From: Octopus sinensis
Taxonomy: Eukaryota
DNA length: 64,000 bases
Direction: 5' to 3'
NCBI RefSeq assembly: GCF_006345805.1
Contig: NC_042999.1
Coordinates: forward strand, 77,066,001 to 77,130,000
Shown here: positions 26,499-39,910 of the stretch, one piece after another
How the letters are laid out: every line of letters begins with the position of its first letter
Position numbering within the stretch: position 1 is the stretch's first letter
The notes under the pieces: model-generated
Database searches by the model: none
Told to the model about the DNA's origin: nothing
Seen by the model: only the letters and a program-made list of their open reading frames with translations
Made by a program: the position numbers and the translations under genes

Positions 26499-28730
26499 TT
26501 TCAGGCAACTGCTTATGATGTGGGTGATATCTTCAGTTTCAACTCCACAATGTCTACATCAGTTGTCACATTTTACTGCTTTTCCTGCATCTCTGTCCCT
26601 TTTGTGCATCAGGTACTTGGTTGATATTTCCAGTTTCTGGATTGCAAACACATACCCTTCAAAGTGGAAGGTAGTAATCCGGCTATTGGTCCATGATAAT
26701 TGCTTTGATGATCGATGTTACTATCATCACGGAGCTTTCTACAAACATATCCATGCATAGTCTTCTGCTCATATAGGTTCATCCTTTCATCTGATGTCAC
26801 GTTGTGATAGAGTCGTACGACTTCTTTGGGCATGTATTCTAGATTATCAGACGAAGAGTGTTGCTCAAGGAGCTGCCTTCCAAGTCTTATGATATTATCA
26901 GCCTCATGTATGCAAACTTGGTCAAGGGATGCACTTCGACACTCGGTGGTTAAAAGATGTTGCCGAAGAGATATGCTGCGACATTCAAAGGCATTTTTGA
27001 TCGATGTTAAGCCTCTGCCGCCTTGCTTTCGTTTTAGGTAGGGCGGTCTACGCCACTGTTTATGTGGAAATTATGTGTGCTTGTTAGTATTTTTCGAGTT
27101 TTCACATCAATGGCTCCGATCTCATCAAGCAGCTCAAATGTTGGTATGAGTACTGGCACCCCAAACATATTGTGGGTCACTGTTTTATTGAATTCAGAGA
27201 GTTCTGTGGTCCAAATTTTCTTTATTTGACTGTAATATTCTTTAGTGACACGTGTTTCGTTACCGGTGCCATTGTAAGATATATTTCCATCCACCCCTAG
27301 ACAGCTGTAACATTCCTCGTTAGATACAGGGGAAGCAGTCAAATCATTGATAGAAATGTTACTAGTCTGGTTTATAGTTTTTCCCCTTTTCACAACCATA
27401 TAACAACATTTATCCTGATCAAACTCCAATCCTACATCCTTTGAGAATATTGTAACTAAGTCAAGGCTAAGTTATCCACAAAGAAACAGTGTGTAATTTT
27501 GGTATTTCTGTTTCCTTGTGAACCAGTGAGATATCCTTCAGACTTCCTTAACATGAACGACAAGGGGTTTAGAGAAAGTATAAACACCATCACAGAGAGG
27601 CTGTCTCCTTGGAATATGCCTTTGTGAGACTGTATTCTATCGGTGATAATACAGTCTCACTATGTTTCAATGAAGTCAGGTCAGCTATGGCTTTGACTGT
27701 TCTCTAGAACTTTAGCGAGTTAAAGGGCTTCTAGCATCGATGAGTCAAAGGCTTTCTTGTAGTCTGGCCACATTGAAACTAAGTTCCGCCTATGTTTTCG
27801 CCCGTCTGACATCACAGTTTCCCTTCTTTCAAGCTGCTTGTTCTGTGATATTTTTTTTGGTTTCACAATGGTCCTGGAGGAAGAGGTTTAAATATGCTGT
27901 ATATATCTTATTCATTAAGTTCTTGCATGCAAATGGCTGGTAGTTTTTTTGGCATGTGGGTGGTTCTGCATTTGGGGATCAAGTTTATCTTTGCCAGAGC
28001 TAACCAGTGTGGTATACTACTGTTCTCAATGAAAGCTTCCTCAAGCGGATTGATAAGAATATTAACTCCTTGTACCAATATCCAGGAATCAAGTCTGTTC
28101 CAGGTGCTTTTCCATCCTGGAGTTTCTGGATCACAGTTGCAAGAGTTTCACCATCAATGTTGTATATCTTGGATGTAACGCAAAAGCAATAACGTTTTCT
28201 AATTTCTTCTAACCACTGAGCATCTTCGTTAAATTCTTTCTCTTCACTCTAGATTTTCCTCCGGACGGAGTCTATCTCTTCTCATGAAGGAGCTTCGGTG
28301 ATGTTTACTGCTCCTCCTCTCATGTCTCTATATACTTCTGCCCGGTTGCGGTTAAATTTTATGTTTATTGTTCTTCTCTCGGTTATTTTCTTCGAAGTTT
28401 TTCACTAACAGCTTTTAGCTCCTGCTTGAGAGTAATCAGTTTGCAAGTGAATGTCCTCTTTTTGCTGTCTCCAAACATTATTTCTATCTCCTTCTTAGCT
28501 TTCTATAGGTGGGGCGTAGAGTGATTTGCTTGTCTGCATGCAATAAGCATCATTGTATGACTGATGGTCTTCAGTAAACCAGTTATCTTTTTCTCTGTCT
28601 TCATAACGCATGTTAGTACTTTCTTTGTTATTTCGGTTTTGTTTACTTTTTTAATATCATTCATATACTATTTTACAGTTGTAGTAAATACTCATCACCA
28701 ATTTCGTTAACAGCTTTTAATACTGTATCT
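26497..28730 (-). mobile_element. Degraded R4/Dong-like (restriction-like endonuclease clade) non-LTR retrotransposon
   Basis: Minus-strand peptides IFQGDSLS, LNPLSF, ITHCFFVDNL, FSKDVGLEFDQDKC, MHGYV, FEGYVFAIQ..EISTKYL and CRHCGVETEDITHIISSC; upstream boundary approximate. Confidence 0.7.
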
Positions 28731-29696
28731 AATGGAGTTTTTTTTTTTTTTTTTACTTACTTAGGTAGCGAATACTCTCTCCTCGAGAGAGTACTTCAAA
28801 GCCAAAGTTATTTTTTCTCGGAAAATTTCAGCAAGGGCACATTTCACAGGAATATAATCCTGACTACCACAACTACAATAATCGTTACGGCTGTACCTAC
28901 TAGTATGTATGTATGTTTGTATGTATGTATGTATGTATGTATGTATGTATGTATGTATGTATGTATGTATGTACGTACATATGTATGTATGTATGCATGT
29001 ATGTATGTATGTATGTATGTATGTATGTATGTATGTATGTATGTATGTGTGTGTATGCATGCATGTATGTATGTGTGTGTATATATGTATGCATGTATGT
29101 ATGTATGTATGTGTGTGTATGCATGCATGTATGTATGTATGTATGTATGTATGTATGTATGTATGTATGTATGTATTGACGCAGCCAAAGTTATGCCATC
29201 TGTCAGACTGGGAGAGGTGTGTTAATGGTCACGCATTTTCTCAGTTTTCCGTATGCTAAGTATTGTTTGACACTTTACTCCGTATTTATATTTCAACTGA
29301 CATACAATTGACATTCGCTTGATTCAGCACAGAAAAAGAAAATGATGAAACATTTGTTGTGACATTTGTGTTTAATGTCGCTTACTCTCTGATCCTTAAT
29401 TTTTGTTATTCACCTATTATCCTGCCACCCTCCCAGCGTCAGAACATGATAGTACTGCACATGCCAGATAACTATTAGGATGTGCAGTACAATCTCAGAA
29501 CAATTTGTCATAACAGGCGACAGAAAAATTAATTTCCTGTTACGATCCATCATTATATTACTGAGTAGGCCTCATCTTAATGATGAATTTATTATTTGTG
29601 GGTATACACAGCTCACCTAGCATACTTATAATTATACGTCCTTGGTTATATCCCCTCCATCTATTAGTATGAAATTCAGAATTGTTCCGATTGCTC

Positions 29697-30760
29697 TTAG
29701 AACAATGATGACCATAGTTTGGGAATTTTACTTGAATAGATAATTAACCAATAAAATCTGTTGGGGGCAAGGATGTCACCTTGCTTGACACCATTCTCTA
29801 CAGGAATGTGTCCTGCCATGCTACCACTAACAATGACCCAAGTTTCCATCCCATCATGAAATGATTTAATTATTGATACAAAGTGATCCGGACATCCAAG
29901 TTTGCCAAGTATTTTCCATAACAAAGCCCTATTCACAGTATCAAAGGCCTTGGTTATATCAATGAATACCTGGTCAAGATCCATATTCTGCTCATAGTAC
30001 TTCTCCTGCATCTGTCTTGCTGTGAAAATCATATCCATTGTCCCTCTATCAGATCGGAAACCACATTGAGATTCAGATAGAACAACTACAAGACACCCAT
30101 TCAGGCGGGTAAGAATATTTGCCAGAACTTTGCCAGCAGCTGATAGTAGAGCAATACCTCTGTAATTATCACACATTTTCTGGTTCCTTCTCCTTTATAG
30201 AGAGGAAGAATAATTGTATCCTTCTAGTCCTTAGGCATTGCACCATCCCTCCATATTATACTAATAAGTTCATGAAGGGACATGTATGATGTAATCATCA
30301 CCAAATTGCGAGACATCAACATAAATTCCATCCCTTCTAGGTGCCCTACCATGGTCCAATTTACTTATTCCTGTCATTACCTCATCCATTGAGGGTGTGG
30401 AATTTAAGGAGCCAATGGTAGGTTTTTATTGCATAGTATCATTCACTGTTTCATTAACAACTGACTCATGGTTCAGGAATTCAGAGAAGTGTTCAATCCA
30501 GCGACCTGTGATTTCTGTTGATTTAGTAAATAGAATAGAAGACTCCTTAGAAAGCAAAGGAGCCAATGCAGAGCTCATAGGTCTACAAACTTGCTTCATA
30601 AGATGGTAAAGCTTCTTGCTGTCATTTTCCTCAGCAGCAGCCTGAACATCACGAACAAGATCCTCCCACCAAGTGTTCTGCATCTTCCTGAGAGATCGCT
30701 GCAGCAGTGATTTTACACTGCTATAGTGGGCAAGTGCTAGATTTTGCTGCAACAACAATC
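29697..30760 (-). mobile_element. Degraded RTE-clade LINE RT fragment
   Basis: NYRGIALLSAAGK, SQCGFR..RGTMDMIFTARQMQEK, FIDITKAFD, GVKQGDILAP. Confidence 0.85.
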
Positions 30761-30849
30761 CAGTAATTCAGCAACTAACAGTTCAACAATAACAACACCA
30801 CATGGAGCACACACACTTTCAACGATTAGCCGGAGATTATTTTTTAAAT

Positions 30850-31110
30850 GAGAATATCTGAAATAAACTCAACTGGTCTCACAAACCAGAATACTAAAAA
30901 TGAACCCGACCACTCTCAGAGATTAAGTAAGAAAACTGGAAAAATAATCCAGAATCTTTGTCCGGTACCGGATCGATCCAAAAATCTAACCAGTTCGTGC
31001 CAGTCACGAGGCCAAACATCCCTGAAAGTTTCATCCGAATCCATCCGGCGGTTCTTGAGATATCTTGTCCACAGACAAACAAACAAACACGACTGAAAAC
31101 AATAATAAGG
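30850..31110. mobile_element. Helentron/DINE-like non-autonomous element fragment
   Basis: aagtttcatccgaatccatccggcggttcttgagatatcttgtccacagacaaacaaacaaac resembles this class of element; recognised by pattern only. Confidence 0.4.
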
Positions 31111-31711
31111 TACATAATAAGGTACATAATAATGACAGATACAACTATTCACATAATAATGACAGATACAACTTGTACACGCACACACATACAGACATAT
31201 ATTCACACAGAGTTGAAACGCTGTTTGATTTTTCTTTTCAGCGTTGAATGTTCACCATTCCACTTCCATTGCACACACAGACACACACACACACAAACAA
31301 ACATTCGCATACCTCATTTTTACGTACACACACATATACTCACACAGAGTTGAAACGCTGTTTGACTTTTTCTTTTACCGTACAATTTCCATCATCCCAC
31401 TACCGAGTTTGCCATCACTCCTTCCTTCTTTACTCATTCTGTCACCCCTTCCTTCCTTATTCATCTATCATCCCTTCCTTTCTCATACATATGTTGCGAC
31501 GGCGAAAAACACAAGAGTATTATTATAGTAGATGTTTAAAATTTCCCTCTGCTACGCACTCTCTCCCTCACGCTCGCTCGCTCACTCGCTCTCTCTACCT
31601 CTTTTTCTCTAACTGCAACAAACTTTTTAACCATGGCATTCCTCCCCTTCACGTCATCATCAATTCTCTCTTTGTCTTTCTCTTATCCTTTCACTTCCAC
31701 TAACGACATGA

Positions 31712-31750
<39 letters not shown>

Positions 31751-32419
31751 ATACTCACTCATACTCTTTTTCTCTCTCTCACTCTCTCTTTTCTCTCTCT
31801 CTCACTCACTCTCACTCATTCTCTCTTTTCTCCCTCTCTCTCTCACTCACTCTCCGTCTCTCTCTCTCCCTTTCTCTCTCCCTTTCTCTCTCCCTTTCTC
31901 TCTCCCTTTCTCTCTCCCTCTCTCTCTCACTCACTCTCCTTCTCTCTCTCTCCCTTTCTCTCTCTCCCTCTCTCTCTCTCTCTGTCCCTCTCTCCGTCCC
32001 TCTCTCTCTCTCTATCTGTCTCTCTCTCTCTCTCTCTCTTTTCCACTGCCTTTCTTTAACCACACCACCAGGACATCAGCCCTTTGCTAAACATTGTATT
32101 TCTCCTCACCACCTCTCTCTCTCTCCCTCTCTCTCTCTCTCTCTCCCTCCCTGTATCACTTCCTTCAGCTAATTTTTAACCACGTAACAAATATTACGTT
32201 CCTCTTACCTCACGTCGTTGACACTTCTCTCTCCCTCTTCCTCTCACGCTATTTGCCTTTCCCTTCAACTAATCACGTGACAGCGTAACGCATTTCGGCT
32301 TAGCAAAAGTGCCACGTGAGGTGATGGTTTAATTGCTGACGACCTAACCATGCAAAAGATTGCTTTGGATTACATGTTAACAGTAGCGCTCACTGAGCGA
32401 ACTGACACACACGTACATT

Positions 32420-32486
<67 letters not shown>

Positions 32487-33155
32487 CAGCTTGTACTGGA
32501 AAGCTACCAGTACAATGTACTTCATTACAATCTGTTACCTGTTCAGGTTGACAGTAATTAAACAGACACTTACACGCGATTAAAGTAGTGGTGAGATTTA
32601 TCGGATGAACACAGTATATTGTCAACAGCTGTCTGGCAATAGCGCGGAGGCCTAAATTCCATGATGGTGCCTCGTGTAGTGTAAGGCCATTAGGAATGCA
32701 GTACTCTTCAGCTTTCTCTAAGCATGCCTCTAGCAGAAACTTATTCCAGTATAAAGCCCTTCTTCACGATACTGTGCAAGCTGTTCTGGGTTGAAATTTT
32801 GCATTAGTATTAATGACATATAGCCATAAAATAGTTTCTTCATCAAATGAGGCAATAATGAGTTTCTATTACTTCAAAGATGTTTGAGATATCTTTTTCA
32901 GCGATAGTGCTATCCACTAAATTACTGGAAATAGTCTGATGGACACAGACGCCCTACAAATAGTCCCTATCAATTATGAGTGACCAGTTTGGTACAAGTA
33001 GTTGATGCATTCAAATTTGCAGAAATAATACACATGGACTACAATACTCAAAAATTTAATGCGATGGTTCAAAACACAGTAGGAGCCTCACTACGAGAAA
33101 CCTTTTGCGGTGAGTTTGTTATAACATAAATAAAACGAAAACACTTTTACAGATA

Positions 33156-34446
33156 CGAGGGGCGTTCAATAAGTAATGTCCCTGACCCACTTCCCATTGC
33201 AGTAGAGCAACGAAACTTAGCACAGTTATTAGTATTTTTCTACATAGGAATCACCCAGAGTTACGCATTTCTCCCATTGTTTGATGCAGCTCTGGAGACC
33301 GTTTTTGTAGAAGACCCCAGCTTGGTCCTCCAACCACGACGTGACTTCAGAAATCAAGGCTGCATCATCTGTGAAACGCTTTCCCTTCAGAAACAACTTC
33401 ATGGCTGGGAAGAGGTGAAAATCAGAGGGTTCAAGGTCAGGAGAGTAGGGGAGATGGGGAGGAGTTCATAGCCGCACGCCTGTGCTTCTGATCTGGCGAT
33501 ACGCGAGTTGTGGACCGGAGCGTTGTCCTGCAGGAGGAGGATGCCTTTGCTGATCTTGCCCCGCCTCTTGATTTTGATAGCTTCTCTTAATTTCCTCAAA
33601 AGTGAAGCATAATAGGCTCCTGTAATTGTGGTACCCTTTGCCGGGAAATCTGCCATCACTACTCCGTCCTGGTCCCAGAAGACTGTGAGCATGTCCTTGC
33701 CAGCGAAGGGCTGCACCCTTGCCTTCTTTGGAGGAGGTGAGTCACGGTGCTTCCACTGCATTGACTGGGCTTTGGTCTCTGGATCATAGTGATGGACCCA
33801 GGTTTCATCCTGTGTAATCAGTCTTTTGAAAAATTTTGACTCATCTTCTTGGCACATCTCCAAATTCATCCTCGAGCACTCGACGCGTTCTTGCTTCTGG
33901 AAAGGTGTGAGCAACCTGGGAATCCATCTGGCAGACACCTTTTGCATATGCAAATGGTCATGAATGATAGTTTCCACAGACCCGGTACTAATCTTGACCT
34001 GATGGGCTATTTGGCGAATTGTTATGCGTCGATCTTCCAAAATGGCAGCCTCAACTTGACGGACAGATGCCTCATCAATGGCAGAAGAGGGCGACCAGAT
34101 CTGGGAGCTGTTTCCACAGAGTTCCGACCATGTTTGAATTCACGATGCCAGCGTTTTACAAAGTCATATGATGGGGCATCATCACCATAAGTTACTTTCA
34201 TTTCATCAAATGTCTCCCGTGGTGTGCGTCCTTTCAAATACAAAAACCGGATCACTGCTCGACACTCAACAGGCTCCATTTCACACTTGACTCAGTTCAA
34301 ACACCTGTAAATCAGAAACCACAATTATTTCAGAGCTGTAATTTGCCACGTAATCTATAGAGATATAAATAATTGCACAGACAAAATTTCAGCTAGATCA
34401 AACAACTGCAAGTGGGTCAGAGGCATTACTTATTGAACGTCCCTCG
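33156..34446 (-). mobile_element. Full-length mariner DNA transposon (irritans-subfamily-like), 1291 bp
   Basis: ~37-bp TIRs cgaggggcgttcaataagtaatgtccctgacccactt / aagtgggtcagaggcattacttattgaacgtccctcg; TA TSD at 33154-33155 and 34447-34448. Confidence 0.95.
33229..34279 (-). pseudogene. Mariner DD34D transposase, two frameshifts (~34070, ~33460)
   Basis: MEPVECRAVIRFLYL..RSGRP, WIPRLL, ITQDETW, LLQDNAPVH, YSPDLEPSDFHLF, ends CVTLGDSYVEKY*. Confidence 0.9.
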
Positions 34447-35999
34447 TAGTAAAACGATTAGCAATTAAAGCAAAAAGAAATAAATATATTACATTACATT
34501 ACACTGCATAAACCATAAGAGCAAAAAGTGCACCGTGTATTCAGCGTTCAAAATAGTCCAATATGCAACGATAAAAATTTGTTGTAATCGCATACTGTAG
34601 GATGTGAAAGATGAACAATGCATAAAGTTTTAAGAAAGTATTTATTTACCGTTACGTTACAAATACATTGCCTCGACGAGCAGATTATGATAAATCCAAA
34701 AGCATACGAAGTAAAGTTTGTGTTTGTGTCCTCTTTATTGTTTAGTAGTAAATACAGAGAGAGATAGTATGATGTTGTAAGAGAACGGAATTAGAACTAC
34801 TGAGAGTTGTAGGGTGTGGGACGTTGTTTCACAGTTGCTGACAGTAAATTTCATTTCTCCCTCTGACCAAGGTTGGTCAGCCAGACTTTGTTGAGTCGTC
34901 ACCGACTGTGACTAACTGATTTTTGCTTGGGGTATGCTTGTTTATATAACTACCCAGAAGGATAGATATATCATTGAGAACAATTGATTTAGTTGGTGGT
35001 CTTGTTATCTCTATTCTAGCTTTTGGTGAAGTAGAAGAGGTTAGAAAGGGTCAAGTGGTGAAGACATTATTTCGGCCTAGCTAAAGGCATCTGGAAAATG
35101 TAAAACTGCTGTCAGAGAAGAACCATTGTTCCACCGTGGGAAAAGTTCTGTTGCAGTGTTAATTTAAATTTGGCTATGGTGGATCGAATCCACTTCATGC
35201 ATGCAAGATCCACTACAAATATATAACAATTTATATGCACTAAATAAATGAGAGGAAAACATTTTAGTTGGTATGGCCTTTATTTTATCATTACAATGTT
35301 AGTTACAACTTCTTCGAGTTGTTGAACACAGATTGTTTGCAGTTCTATTATCCATTCTGTAAGTAGTTAAGTTCATTTGTAAATGACTACTAGATGGAAG
35401 GAGAGAGAAAAAATAACAAAAGTTACCTCTCTGTGTTGACAAGTAGAGAGGGTGAAAGTTGTATAGTCCCGCGGTGACAAGCCATAAGTGAAGGGAGGAA
35501 AATAGAGATGTGCTCTTCTGGAGAGGAGTCGAGTGAAAGAGGTAGGATTGAATTTAAGTTCTGCATTTATATTTTTCTTACTAAATTGGGTTGGATTAAA
35601 CAAAGGATTTTTTGTCTGCTATCATGTATAAATATTTGGTAACCACGAATAGCTAGTTAAAGAATAGAGCTTATCTATATGTGGCAGTTGACCATAAATA
35701 TCTAAGTGCTAATGTCGATACCAATAGAAAAGAACTCATAGTAAAATCTAGGCTAAGAATCCAAGAAACAATTCGCTGCAAATATGTGTATAAATTGCAA
35801 TGGCACAAAAAGCGAGGTAGTATACATAATATGTGTTCATATTTGACAGGCCAATGCACATTCCAGCCACTTCTAGTTATAATGTCTTTCTTAGAAAAAA
35901 GATATTAGCTTTGTGTGCTGAGGGTGTCTGTGTGTGTATAGATGATTTTGATGCTGCGAGTAAAGATATGGTTGTGTTAGGTGTATTTGCATCAATGTA

Positions 36000-36790
36000 A
36001 ACAGTTCTGAATTCTGTCGATGCTGACTGTCTCTTTTAGGCGTGCCTATAAAACACCATAAGGGTCAGTGTATGGTGTTCCGGACAAAAAGCATACGACC
36101 ATGTAGTAATGTCATTTGGAACATAAGTTATAATCGTTCGTTGACTGGATAGGAATTTCGGTAACTCGAACATACATTGCTGCAGTTAATGTTCATAATT
36201 GGACAGATTGTGTCACGTGTTGGCATCTCCAACTAACATCTGTCCAGAAAGATGTTAATGTATAGCACAAGGCAGCTCTGCTAGAGCGGAATGTAGGTTT
36301 ACCTTAATTGACTCTCTGATACCTTGTGGCATATTGGACAGATATTTCAACCATCCCTCTATGTTACCGTATGTTTTAAATGTTTTAACTTGTTGGTGGA
36401 AACGTTCTATCAGATGATTTACCGCAGGATGGTGAGCCATAGTACGACAACCCAGCAATTGAATTAATTCAGTGAACAAATTAGATTCAAATTGCCGGCC
36501 TTTGTTGGTCGTTATAGCCGCTGGAGTTCCTAAACGCGAAATCTTGTTGAAAAACAATGTTTTCGCTACCATTATGGAATATCTCAAATAGGAATGGCTT
36601 CAGACCACCTAGAGGAACGACAAATACAGGTCAACGGACAGGTATTGTCCTGAACAGAAAATAATGGCCAACAATATCTATGTGTTTGTGTTAAAAACGA
36701 GCGTCCAGTGATGAGAAGGTTCCTATGAGAGCTCTAATAAGGCAATGAACTTTTGCTTTTTCGGCAAAATATACAACTCCTGGCTCATTG
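36000..36790 (-). mobile_element. Gypsy/Ty3 LTR retrotransposon integrase remnant
   Basis: HIDIVG, RWSEAIP, RLGTPAAITTNKGRQFESNLF, HHPAVNHLIERFHQQVK. Confidence 0.75.
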
Positions 36791-36826
36791 ATATATATAT
36801 ATATATATATATAGATATATATATAT

Positions 36827-36925
<99 letters not shown>

Positions 36926-36933
36926 CACGTATG

Positions 36934-36970
<37 letters not shown>

Positions 36971-36975
36971 GTTTG

Positions 36976-37007
<32 letters not shown>

Positions 37008-37116
37008 CATACGAATAAGCAGACAAACAAAAGAAGGGCATTCAACACATTTATTGGGAGTTACATGAATGGATCAAAACAGTTTGATTCAAATTCCTTG
37101 GAACTGTTTAATCCAA

Positions 37117-37171
<55 letters not shown>

Positions 37172-37189
37172 GGTGTGTGAAGGTGTGTG

Positions 37190-37470
37190 AAGGTGTGTGG
37201 CCTAGCAGTTAGGTGTGTTGTACTCAATTTCACTCTTGTGTTTTCAATCCCTAGACTGGTTGCATGTTGTGTACTTGAACAAAATATTTCATTTCACGTT
37301 GCTCCTGTCCACTCAGCTGTAAATGGGTAACCCTGTGACAGACTAGCTTTCCGATCAGGAGGAATGTTTCCCTGCTCGCCTACCAGCGGGTTGGCATAAT
37401 TTGAAAACTTAAATGATGCAAAGCACATCATGACCAATGATGTGCAACAAGTCTGGTTGATCAAGCGATA
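37190..37470 (+). mobile_element. Degraded tRNA-derived SINE
   Basis: A-box-like tggcctagcagttagg; 3' part matches the fragment at 6077-6180. Confidence 0.55.
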
Positions 37471-37489
37471 TACATATTATATACATACT

Positions 37490-37659
<170 letters not shown>

Positions 37660-37790
37660 TTGTATGTATGTATATATATATATATATTTATAATAAGATT
37701 AGCTCGTATACGAGTGGGTATATATTTGTAAAAAATGAAGTTTGAAAATGCTGCTATATTAGACAAATTTTAATTTTTATATATACATTA

Positions 37791-37840
37791 TTTATTTAAC
37801 ATGTTTCGGTTCTTGAAATGACGAACCTTATCAAAAAAAA
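37791..37840 (-). ncRNA. Candidate minimal hammerhead ribozyme motif (U3-A8 variant)
   Basis: Minus strand: tttttt TTGATAA ggttc gtcatttcaa gaacc GAAA catg TT aaataaa; stem I is weak. Confidence 0.45.
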
Positions 37841-38309
37841 TTATATATAAAAAAGATAGTTCATGCTATCAAATATAAAAAATTTATATATAATATTCAA
37901 TTATATAGTAAAGCGAGTCCATGCTATATGTTTAAAGAGTATGATGTAGTAGTTCATAGTGGTGATATGCATTCAATATAAAAAATTCATGTTCTTGAAA
38001 AAGCGAGGAATTCATTTTAGATTTTACCTTGTGTTCCAATGGGAGCAACTGTAATGACTTTTGGTTGGTGTCTGTTCGTATAGTTTTGGTGAATCTTGTG
38101 AATTGTTTGGGTTTTATATCAGTTCAGCTTAGCTGTCTCACTTGCATTTTTCACTGACGTCATATAGTTCCCAACCAATCAAAACTCAGTCTCAACGAAT
38201 ATAACCTGTTAGGAAACCAACCAAGCAGAACGACAGTTTGGCCACGGAAGAAATATGTCATCCTTGTTTTTGACGGATTGAAATTAGATCTGATCCATGA
38301 CTGTATCCT

Positions 38310-38417
38310 GTTAGGTGGCTAGTCCAGCGGAACGAGACGTCATCAATGTTTTGAATAATCATCTCGTTAGGTGGCTAGTCCAGCAGAACGGGACGTCATC
38401 AATGTTTTAACCAATCA

Positions 38418-38421
<4 letters not shown>
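38310..38421. repeat. Two-copy ~56-bp tandem repeat
   Basis: gttaggtggctagtccagc(g/a)gaacg(a/g)gacgtcatcaatgtttt..aatcatctc x2. Confidence 0.8.
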
Positions 38422-38450
<29 letters not shown>

Positions 38451-38457
38451 GCAATAT

Positions 38458-38828
38458 GGAGGCGCAATGGCCCAGTGGTTAGGGCAGCGGACTCGCGGTC
38501 ATAGGATCGCGGTTTCGATTCCCAGACCGGGCGTTGTGAGTGTTTATTGAGCGAAAACACCTAAAGCTCCACGAGGCTCCGGCAGGGGATGGTGGTGATC
38601 CCTGCTGTACTCTTTCACCACAACTTTCTCTCACTCTTACTTCCTGTTTCTATTGTACCTGTATTTCAAAGGGCCGGCCTTGTCACTCTCTGTGTCACGC
38701 TGAATATCCCCGAGATCTACGTTAAGGGTACACGTGTCTGTGGAGTGCTCAGCCACTTACACGTTAATTTCACGAGCAGGCTGTTCCGTTGATTCGGATC
38801 AACCGGAACCCTCGTCGTCGTAACCGAT
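38458..38828 (+). mobile_element. Well-preserved tRNA-derived SINE (octopus OR/OK-type)
   Basis: A box tggcccagtgg and B box ggtttcgattcc in a tRNA-like head ggaggcgcaatggcccagtggttagggcagcggactcgcgg. Confidence 0.8.
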
Positions 38829-39910
38829 AAAGCAATTAAGGATATGAAGACAAGGAAATTACCTGGCCCATCAGGTATCACCGCTGAGATGCTTAAAATA
38901 TTGGGCGGTGTGTTTTATGGTCTTGTCTCCCGCATCGTAAATCAGGTAGTTCATGAAGGAGTCATACCCAATGACTGTTGCAGTAGCACAATAGTCAACT
39001 GCTACAAAGGTAACGGTGATGCTTTAGATAGAAATAACTACAGGGGTATTACATTATTGGATCAGGTGATGAAAGTTACAGAGAGGGTCATAGCCCAACT
39101 AATTAGGGAGAGAGTTAGTCTAGATGAGATGCAGTCTGGTTTCGTGCCAGGCAGAAGCACCACTGATGTCATATTTCTGGTACGGCAACTGCAGGAGAAA
39201 TATCTAGCCAAAGATAAACCTCTGTACGTGGCTTTTGTTGATTTGGAGAAAGCCTTTGACAGGGTCCTCCGATCCTTTATCTGGTGGTCAGTTCGGAAAC
39301 TGGTGATAGACGAGTTGTTGGTAAGAGCTGTAGAAGCCCTGTACAGAGATGCTGTCAGTAAAGTGAGGATTGGCAACGAGTATAGTGAAGAATTACGGGT
39401 TCACCAAGGATAAGTCCTCAGCCCCATCTTATTCATTATAGTCCTCCAGGCAATAACGGAGGAATTCAAGACAGGCTGCTCTTGGAGCGCCTCTATGCTG
39501 ATGACCTTACTCTAAAGGACGAGTCACTGCCAGAACTAGAAACGAAGTTTAGAGTGTGGAAGCAAGGTCTAGAATCGAAGGGTCTTAGGGTTAACCTAGC
39601 AAAAACCAAAGTCTTAATAAGTAAGAAGGCTGTCAAATCACAACCTCCTTCAGGTAGATGACCCTGCTCGATCTGTAGAAAAGGCGTAAGTAGAAACTCC
39701 ATACGAATACCAGGTGTAAGCTATGGACACATAAAAGGCGCAGCAATATCAAAAGAATGTTAACCAGGAAGATAGGAAGATAGTTTTTGTGTGTGGCAGA
39801 TGCACAGGGGTAATAAACACTGAAGATGTACAGAAAACAGATTCCATCATATGCCAGGGAGAAAAACTACAAGTAGTTAATAGCTTCTACTACCTAGGCA
39901 ACCAAGACAG
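38829..39910 (+). mobile_element. RTE-clade LINE RT fragment, truncated by a CR1/L2 insertion
   Basis: PGPSGITAEMLK, NYRGITLL, GFVPGRSTTD, FVDLEKAFDRV, LYADDL. Confidence 0.85.

Noticed and set aside
32600-33120. Possible degraded gag-like sequence flanking the mariner
   Set aside because: No recognisable motif could be read with confidence
38458-38535. tRNA-like sequence with A and B boxes
   Set aside because: It is the head of a SINE continuing into a ~300-bp body; no proper acceptor stem or terminator
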